56,071 bases of DNA from an uncultured virus (IMG/VR IMGVR_UViG_3300024272_000044) (Duplodnaviria > Heunggongvirae > Uroviricota > Caudoviricetes). The position numbers and the translations under genes are program-made. Where the stretch lies: IMG/VR virus record IMGVR_UViG_3300024272_000044. One strand, given 5' to 3'. Under the pieces are notes generated by a model. The model saw only the letters and a list, made by a program, of their open reading frames with translations, did no database searches and was not told where the DNA came from. Position 1 is the stretch's first letter. The number at the start of each line of letters is the position of its first letter. Positions 48,845-56,071 of this stretch are shown here, piece after piece.

Positions 48845-48982
48845 CTAATGGGCATCTAAAATATAATTCATTTCTTCGATAGTTAATTTACCATCTACAC
48901 GAAATTCCATAATTTTTTCTTTTTCAATTTTTCCGTTAATATATAAGCGTCTAACGGCTTCCGCAAAAATACTAATTCCCAT
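48845..48982 (-). CDS. 45-aa XkdX-like protein (not in ORF track)
   Basis: MGISIFAEAVRRLYINGKI...GKLTIEEMNYIL; AGGTGG RBS. Confidence 0.6.
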   Translation of the reverse strand: MGISIFAEAVRRLYINGKIEKEKIMEFRVDGKLTIEEMNYILDAH

Positions 48983-48996
48983 GATTACACCACCTT

Positions 48997-49317
48997 TTAA
49001 ATAATACCATTGTTAATAAGATATAAAATCACTTCATCGATTATTTCTTCTGGTGTGGACAGATTTAATGTTTTTAACTTTTTGTATTCATGTTCATCGA
49101 TTTCAATCAAATCCACTGTTTCAAAATGCATTTCTGAAGTAGGTATATTATATAAAGTGCGTTCATGCCAAACGGTATTTCCGTCAGAAGAAAGTATAGC
49201 TTGTGCTTCATTCTCATCACTTAAAACCATGATTTTATGCTTAGGTTGATATTTCAAGTAAATTAATTGGTCGAGCACATCTATAACTTTATTATCTTTA
49301 ATAACTTTGTAAAACAT
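48997..49317 (-). CDS. Hypothetical tail-associated protein
   Basis: GAGGT RBS; between the large tail gene and the XkdX-like gene. Confidence 0.7.
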   Translation of the reverse strand: MFYKVIKDNKVIDVLDQLIYLKYQPKHKIMVLSDENEAQAILSSDGNTVWHERTLYNIPTSEMHFETVDLIEIDEHEYKKLKTLNLSTPEEIIDEVILYLINNGII

Positions 49318-49332
49318 ATTTTCTTACCTCAC

Positions 49333-49362
49333 AAAAAGAGGGTGGGGAAGACCCACACCCTC
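49333..49362 (-). terminator. Intrinsic terminator
   Basis: GAGGGTG...CACCCTC stem with T-run on the - strand. Confidence 0.65.
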
Positions 49363-49367
49363 ACATA

Positions 49368-52300
49368 TTAAAATGATATTTGAATTAATACGCCATAACC
49401 ATTAATAACATTTGGCTGACTAATTCCTTGCGCCTTACCAGTCTCATCCACACGCCATACCCAGTTTGCATAATTTGCATTAGGTGAGCGAAGCCAATAA
49501 GCATGATAATTTCCACCATCAAACGCACGCTTTCTATACTCATCCCTGCTCATATATGAAATAGGTGTACCTTCACTATTATATGGTTCAATATTTTGAG
49601 AAGAATCAACTTCTATAACAGATGGCACAGTAATATAACAATTAGAAGGTGTTACTTCTGTATAATACTTGTTAGGAGTCACAGATGTATTTGTGATACC
49701 GTCATTTGAATAAACAATAACTTGCTTCATTAACAACTTAATCTGTGTTGGCATAGCATTATATAATCTACCATTTAAAGATGTATTTAATGCTGATGTA
49801 GCCCAACCGCCATCATTAACATTGGAAGCATTCCATAATTTTGTTCTTCCTAATAAGTGTGAAGCCAATAAGCTAAATGAACATCTCTTAGATGGATTAT
49901 CTGATAAGAAATACTTTCTAAATCCACAAGCTTGCAAAGTAATAGACTCATGTGTCCACATAGCTAAATCTTTACAAATGTCATTTCCTAAATCAGCATA
50001 CCAAATTTTTGCCCAGTGAATATTACCAACAGCGTTGTTTTCATAATATCCATCTTCTGGGTTGGAAGCTCCAAATATTAAAGAACATGAACCAGTTGTA
50101 ATCTTGTTTCTAGACAATTCGTTAGTTAAAACATTATTATTATCAAGATTAGACTTATAAATAGTTAAATTGTTATCGCCTTTCTTATGTCTGATAACTA
50201 TAATTTCACGCTTACCAATTTCACCAACGTTATTACTATCAGTAGCTGTTCCCCAAGTAAACTTTGCACCACTATTATATGAAAGTTTAAATCCGTTGCT
50301 TCCATTTGTCTGGAAGCATTCAGCTAATACTGAATCTGATGCAGTACCATCTAAGAATTCATAATCGATTGCGAGAACAAAATCTTTATCTTCTTCAAAT
50401 AAACGAATTCCAGTATCAATGTAATTTGTTCCGTCAAAATAAGTCTTTTCTGATATCAATAATTTTGATTCAATATCATCATAGTTAACATCATTTCCGA
50501 TAACAAATGAATATGGGTCTCCGTCTGTGATAATGCTTTCGGCAATTCCAAGTTTATTCATCGCATAAATTTGAACTGGTTTTAATTCAGAAAGTTCTAC
50601 GTTATTAAACGCACTAGATGTATATTTGAAATCATCAAATATAGCATCTACAATTTTAACGTCATCATCATTAAAATCACCATTTAAGATTCCACTCTTA
50701 TTCCATCTATTAAACAAATAATATTTATATGCAGGTTCTTCGTCTGTATAAGTTGGTGTAGAACCAACATAAGGGATGTTATCACCATAGTTACCAACAA
50801 CTGGTGTTTCGTATCCTTTTAATGGTTTACCCATAGCTCTATACTGAATACCATATTGTCTGATAGATTCAGAATATGTTGCAGTGATTGTTAACGGTTC
50901 AAAGATAGGCATCTTTTTAAAGTCAGTATCCCAACTATCAAAAGTATAATTTGTACTTATTGAGCTTTCTTTTGTAGGAACGTCAATAGGATTTATATCT
51001 CTTGTTATTGGGTCTACAGCAAATCCACCCTCATCAATATACTGAACATCTAATACAGTTCCATCTTCATTAACAAATGTAACTGGGAACTGTAAAATTA
51101 AAGTGTTACAAGTAATGTCCAAATCAGACCAAGCCTTGTCATAATCGCTCTGCTGTTTCTGTTTTAACACAGCAACATGAGCGTTACCAGCTAATACAGA
51201 CATATCTGTGTCAAGGATACCAGATGAATCTCTACCGCCCATAGTAATCAATCTGTCGAAAATTGAAGCATCTTTAATCTGATATGTTGAATCCCAATTC
51301 AAACCAATTAATCTAACTGTATTAAGAATAGGGGAATTATCAACAACATTATAAGTATTAATATTAGGTGTATTTTCAATAATTAAAGTCTGTAAATTAT
51401 CATATCCATCAACTACAAAACCTTCATCTGTTATATAATTTAAATTCTTCATTACTAAAGAATTAATCTTTGGAAGGTGAGCAGTGTGTAATAATCCACC
51501 ATTTGCAAAAATCACACCAGATGCATTAGTGCCCTCTGCATATAATTCTTTCAAATTACTACATGAACTTACATTGACAACAGTGTTAATACCAGAAACA
51601 TTTCTAAGGTCTAAGTACTCTAAAAGAGGATTGTTTTCAACAAGAACCTCGTTCATAAATGTATTTTCATAACCGTCATCTGTACTACCAATTACAAGTT
51701 TTTGTAAACGAATAGCACTAGAAAAGTTGTTGTCTCCAATGAAGCATCTTGATAAGTCTCCTACTTCCTGAATGAAGCTTGCGCCATACACATAAATAAA
51801 GTCCATTCTTTCTGCGTCACTTTCAAAGTATACTGTTTCTCCAGCTTTCGCTTTTTTATGAATTGGAGTACCAGTACTAGTATACTGTACACATACATAC
51901 ATATCAGAATAAGGAACTAATGTAAGAGAGTAATTTGGTTTTATACTTCCGCCAATAGGCACATTACCTCTAACCCAGAATCTATCAGCAAGAGCTTTAT
52001 TTCCAAAGTATTTTGTAGCAAAATACATTTCCTGATTAATTTCAAATGCTCTTCTTGCATATTTTTTACGACCAAAGAATTTACCAATAAGGAATGTTTT
52101 ATCTATGCCTCTAGCCATTCTATCATCGGCAGTTGTTATGCTATTATCGATAGATAATCCTAAGTAAGTTCTATAATATTTTCTTTCATAGTCCAATCTC
52201 CAAAGTTCTTCTGGAAATTGAGCTTGAGAATTATCCCACTGTGAAATAAGAGAATCAGAACTCCATGCATTCTTATCTTCTCTGTTTTTGAACATAGACT

Positions 52301-55300
52301 GCATTTCTGCTGGGAATAAATCACGAAGTCTACAGAAGAATACACTGTCTGCAACTCTGAATACATAGTCAGATGTTGGGTCTCCATCAACATAATAATC
52401 TGTATCTTCTTTTCCGTATGAGAATACATAATCACCAGTATTGTCAATACCTAAGCAAGTATCAAAGTCATAACCAAATGTAAGGTCATAACGATACCCA
52501 TTATTGATTGAAGCCGCTTCATCGTCAATAATGTAATAACTAGCTTCTGTTTCTCCAAGAGCGGCAGCTTCTTCGTTTGAAATATATACTTTTCCATAAT
52601 GCCAGAATGAGTTCTTTGCACGGTTATCTACCATAGTATATCTTTCTGTAAACAGATAAAAGTACAATGCAGAATCCACAACAAAATAGTCTTTTAAATG
52701 AGCATAGAATTCTTCATCAGTAGAAGTAACAATAAATTTATATAAATCTCTCCATGTATCAATATTAACCTGACGTTGTTCTTCTGTAATATTTTTCATT
52801 TCATATCTAAATTCATATGTCTTTCCACCAAATGACTTAAATTCTCCCTCTTCATCATATACATATTCATTAGAATATAATACATCATAAGCTGTGTTAC
52901 CAGTTGTCCATTCGTTAATTGGACATACTGCATGACCATCTTTTCCAGTTGGAAAAGCCGATAATGGTTTATCTGCGTCTGTAATTTCAACTACATGTTC
53001 TTTTGGGTCTTTTTTATTATTAACACGAGTATCATCTGTTTTCTTAGAGTCGCCAACGTTACCAATTGCATAGAAGTGCCAATTGCTGTCATTAAACTCT
53101 GTATGTTTTACATCTGTACTAGTTTCTCTAATAAATACAACACAGTTGTGGAACTCCATAGTGTCCTTAACCCTACTATCTTTCTTTCTTGCATAACGTA
53201 AGAAAGGCTGATATTCATTAAATCTTTTAGCCATGCCAGCATTATTTGCATTTTCAGAAGATGCAATATTTACTTTGATGTTTAAATAATCAGTAGGAAC
53301 TGATGTATCTGTTAAAGTAATAGTAGAAGATTCAACGGTAATAGGTTTTCCATTTTCATCCGTATCAGTCCACGTAAACAAAGATTCATCTCTGTCCATA
53401 CAAAGGTCGATATTTCTTCCTGAATAACCATACAAGTTACTTGAAGTACCCTGACCTCTGTGTCTTACGCCAGTACAATCCCAATTATCGTGTGGTCTAG
53501 TACCATTAGGATATCTAAAATAAACTTTACAATCGTCAATCTTTATATCTTTATCCCATGTAAAATATGGAACTTCAATAAAGATATATCTTAAATCTGG
53601 GGCAGCTTTCATTAAAGCATCAACATTAAAATCACCAACTGCCGAAGTAGATACTAAACTACCATTTTCATTATAGATGTTATTTCTATTATATCTAGTA
53701 ATCATTTCACTAGCGTTTCTTGCATCGGCAATAAAGTTGTTTTTAATATCTGTATCTGTTAATGAATTTGAATATGCTTTCATTCTATAAATATATACAT
53801 CACAATCATCGCTACCAATTGTAATAGGCTGTGCTGTAGACTGTTTGAATGATGATGTTTCAGTATATTCATAAGGCTTACTAGGAGTACCATCTTCATA
53901 TGACATAACTATCATCATATCTGTATACTTATTTATATTAAATTCATATTCAACGATTGTGTCTTCGCAATAATTTGATTTTAATGAGCCACCACTTTCA
54001 TAGATAGTAGCATGTTCAATCTTCATATCTAAACCAATATTTGCATTCATACAAGTTAAGAAAGAAGTGTCACGCTTTCTAATATTTTTAGTTCTAAAGA
54101 TGACTTTAAATTCTTTACCATCTTTTTTAGGGTCATCGCCAAATAAGTTATAATTGATTGTAGCAGTAGTACCAGCTTTTACGCAAAAATACTTATCGCC
54201 ATTCTCATCAATTTGATATCCACCATTAACCCAGTCAAAGTTGTCAGAAACAGTCATATTTACACCAGTATTTTTGTCAGACCATAATCTATTTGCTGAA
54301 CTATTAGAATAGTCAGTAGGGTTTGGGTCAAAATCAAATGCCAATCCAGCAGTTACTGGCTCAATATCAATACTTAATTTTTCGACATTCATTGTAATTA
54401 CTTTTGGTTCTGCTTCTCCGCAAGTAATAGTAAATACAAATGTTCCCTCGCTATTTGCTTTATATGAATATGTATAATAACCATATTCATCTTTTTCTGT
54501 TAATGTTTCTACACTTAATACGTTTTCTCCAATACGCCATGTCACCTCTGGAGTTTCTGTTCTAGGGTCGTGCACAGCGTATTTAATATTTATAGTATTA
54601 TACTGAATCGCATCAATTGTAGTTGTGGCACATCCAATAACTGGAATAGAAGTATTGTCATCAAACCAAATAATATCTTTGTATATATGATTAGATTCTA
54701 CTAACGTATTGTTAATAGTAGCCGTCATATATACTTCTAATAAATGACTTCCATGTGTTTGAGATGGAAGCATATATGATGTAGGAATACCAGAAGTCGA
54801 AGTTTTTACCACTCCTAATTCTTCCCCATCTAAAATAAAGTGAATATCTTTTTCAATTGCACCATAAGGAGTGTAATTAAAAGATACATTTCCATTATAT
54901 TTATAAGCATCATTAAAATTAGATTCTAATCTTACGTCTACTTTTTGTACAGTCCAAGACTTTGTAACCAAGCTTCCAGCATCGTCTGTAATTGTTAATA
55001 CAAACTTCTGACTTGTAGTAGTTGCAAAATCGGTCACATCAAAAGTATTATCTCCATTTGTGGCGATACCAGACGCAATAATTTTTGAACCAATTTTCCA
55101 TGTATAATTACCCTCTGTTATAACGTCACCAGATGAATCAATTCCAGAGAAGTTATAAGTAATCAACATTTTATCATTTACTGTTGCTATAACTGGAGAT
55201 GTTGTTACATATGAAATTTTAAGAGAGCTACCAGAACCGCCACCAGAACCACCAGTAATAGTGAATTTCTTTTTAGCTTCTTTCTTTTCTCCCTCTTTAC

Positions 55301-56071
55301 CCTCGTTTTCAATTTCATAAAATACAAATACATTTTCACCAACATCTGGGTCTTCTGCATCATTATAAACAACATCATATGTAATACGTGGAGAAGTATC
55401 TATCGCATTAACGCTTTCTTGCAATTCTCCAAGCGTTTCGCTTAAAGAAGAAATATTTTCTTTATTTGTTTTAACTGAACTTTCCAAAGGATTTGTTTTA
55501 TCTGTTACAAAAGTTTCAGTAGCATATCCAGTTAAATCAACCTCAACGTTTTTAATGGCTTCATCAATTTCTGACTTATTATATGTTTCATCTTTTGTAT
55601 AATAATTACCTAATTTTGCAGTAATATCTTCTGCCGCAATAGCATTTGCAACATCTGTCTTAGTAGCGTATTCGCCATCTTCAAGAGTAGTTACAAGTTT
55701 CAAGTCAGAATCTGCAATTGTATAATAATTATCAGTTAAATTCTTATTAATATTTTCAATAGACTTATTAACGTCATCTGAAAGAGCATAATCTTTTAAC
55801 TGTTCTGAAACATCAACAGAATCAACAGCTGTATCAATATAATCAACAAGATTTTCGGCTTCGCCAATATTACCAACCAAAGCTTTAACTTCTGTTGTTT
55901 TTGCATAAGCAGTCAGTTTGCCCTCGATATCAGCATCTGCAATCTGCTGATTAACATATGATTGCATTTCTGATGTTGTGCTATAATCTTCTAAAGCATT
56001 TTCAACAATAGTTGTAGCAGTAGTTTCTGCATTTTTAGCAGCAGTCTCTGCTCTATCAGCAGCGTCTTCAG
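49368..56071 (-). CDS. Very large tail/host-recognition protein (>2230 aa, 5' end outside the window)
   Basis: Frame stays open to the window edge; coiled N-terminus, beta-sandwich domains, CotH-kinase-like VDNRAKN...YDFDT, LRR segment, C-terminal YWLRSP (DUF6273-like) domain. Confidence 0.8.
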   Translation of the reverse strand, partial: EDAADRAETAAKNAETTATTIVENALEDYSTTSEMQSYVNQQIADADIEGKLTAYAKTTEVKALVGNIGEAENLVDYIDTAVDSVDVSEQLKDYALSDDVNKSIENINKNLTDNYYTIADSDLKLVTTLEDGEYATKTDVANAIAAEDITAKLGNYYTKDETYNKSEIDEAIKNVEVDLTGYATETFVTDKTNPLESSVKTNKENISSLSETLGELQESVNAIDTSPRITYDVVYNDAEDPDVGENVFVFYEIENEGKEGEKKEAKKKFTITGGSGGGSGSSLKISYVTTSPVIATVNDKMLITYNFSGIDSSGDVITEGNYTWKIGSKIIASGIATNGDNTFDVTDFATTTSQKFVLTITDDAGSLVTKSWTVQKVDVRLESNFNDAYKYNGNVSFNYTPYGAIEKDIHFILDGEELGVVKTSTSGIPTSYMLPSQTHGSHLLEVYMTATINNTLVESNHIYKDIIWFDDNTSIPVIGCATTTIDAIQYNTINIKYAVHDPRTETPEVTWRIGENVLSVETLTEKDEYGYYTYSYKANSEGTFVFTITCGEAEPKVITMNVEKLSIDIEPVTAGLAFDFDPNPTDYSNSSANRLWSDKNTGVNMTVSDNFDWVNGGYQIDENGDKYFCVKAGTTATINYNLFGDDPKKDGKEFKVIFRTKNIRKRDTSFLTCMNANIGLDMKIEHATIYESGGSLKSNYCEDTIVEYEFNINKYTDMMIVMSYEDGTPSKPYEYTETSSFKQSTAQPITIGSDDCDVYIYRMKAYSNSLTDTDIKNNFIADARNASEMITRYNRNNIYNENGSLVSTSAVGDFNVDALMKAAPDLRYIFIEVPYFTWDKDIKIDDCKVYFRYPNGTRPHDNWDCTGVRHRGQGTSSNLYGYSGRNIDLCMDRDESLFTWTDTDENGKPITVESSTITLTDTSVPTDYLNIKVNIASSENANNAGMAKRFNEYQPFLRYARKKDSRVKDTMEFHNCVVFIRETSTDVKHTEFNDSNWHFYAIGNVGDSKKTDDTRVNNKKDPKEHVVEITDADKPLSAFPTGKDGHAVCPINEWTTGNTAYDVLYSNEYVYDEEGEFKSFGGKTYEFRYEMKNITEEQRQVNIDTWRDLYKFIVTSTDEEFYAHLKDYFVVDSALYFYLFTERYTMVDNRAKNSFWHYGKVYISNEEAAALGETEASYYIIDDEAASINNGYRYDLTFGYDFDTCLGIDNTGDYVFSYGKEDTDYYVDGDPTSDYVFRVADSVFFCRLRDLFPAEMQSMFKNREDKNAWSSDSLISQWDNSQAQFPEELWRLDYERKYYRTYLGLSIDNSITTADDRMARGIDKTFLIGKFFGRKKYARRAFEINQEMYFATKYFGNKALADRFWVRGNVPIGGSIKPNYSLTLVPYSDMYVCVQYTSTGTPIHKKAKAGETVYFESDAERMDFIYVYGASFIQEVGDLSRCFIGDNNFSSAIRLQKLVIGSTDDGYENTFMNEVLVENNPLLEYLDLRNVSGINTVVNVSSCSNLKELYAEGTNASGVIFANGGLLHTAHLPKINSLVMKNLNYITDEGFVVDGYDNLQTLIIENTPNINTYNVVDNSPILNTVRLIGLNWDSTYQIKDASIFDRLITMGGRDSSGILDTDMSVLAGNAHVAVLKQKQQSDYDKAWSDLDITCNTLILQFPVTFVNEDGTVLDVQYIDEGGFAVDPITRDINPIDVPTKESSISTNYTFDSWDTDFKKMPIFEPLTITATYSESIRQYGIQYRAMGKPLKGYETPVVGNYGDNIPYVGSTPTYTDEEPAYKYYLFNRWNKSGILNGDFNDDDVKIVDAIFDDFKYTSSAFNNVELSELKPVQIYAMNKLGIAESIITDGDPYSFVIGNDVNYDDIESKLLISEKTYFDGTNYIDTGIRLFEEDKDFVLAIDYEFLDGTASDSVLAECFQTNGSNGFKLSYNSGAKFTWGTATDSNNVGEIGKREIIVIRHKKGDNNLTIYKSNLDNNNVLTNELSRNKITTGSCSLIFGASNPEDGYYENNAVGNIHWAKIWYADLGNDICKDLAMWTHESITLQACGFRKYFLSDNPSKRCSFSLLASHLLGRTKLWNASNVNDGGWATSALNTSLNGRLYNAMPTQIKLLMKQVIVYSNDGITNTSVTPNKYYTEVTPSNCYITVPSVIEVDSSQNIEPYNSEGTPISYMSRDEYRKRAFDGGNYHAYWLRSPNANYANWVWRVDETGKAQGISQPNVINGYGVLIQISF

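Noticed and set aside
30786..53201. Numerous + strand and nested ORFs in the tail arm (and antisense ORFs in the left arm)
   Set aside because: Shadows of repetitive or codon-biased genes on the opposite strand, without RBS or domains.

Overview
AT-rich segment of a large, probably temperate bacteriophage of a Firmicutes/Clostridia-type host (host inferred from sigma-A-type promoters, SD usage and gene content). The + strand arm (1-28.5 kb) is an early/replication arm. It carries a dense array of tiny ORFs, DnaE, a RecD2-like helicase, NAD ligase, NrdD/NrdG, dUTPase, ThyX, guanylate kinase and a tRNA/ncRNA cluster. A large serine recombinase (28.6-30.2 kb, -) sits at the junction. The - strand arm (30.6-56 kb) is a tail/receptor-binding module whose largest gene runs off the window end. 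The most notable observations are: (1) at least 15 copies of a palindrome TAAAA-N6-TTTTA, usually fused to the upstream stop codon and the downstream RBS, which cut the accessory ORFs into cassette-like units; (2) a DIP1984-like coiled-coil gene followed by a ~400-nt structured non-coding RNA with AAAGTT repeats that also occur in the gene's own leader, the unit being bracketed by two tRNA-like elements with aberrant anticodon loops; (3) a tRNA-Ile(UAU) with a long variable arm; (4) a candidate attP inside the integrase 3' end, with a half-site copy in its leader; (5) tandem NrdR boxes; (6) shared terminal peptides among the tail proteins. All family assignments are from motif recognition by eye; no database searches were run.
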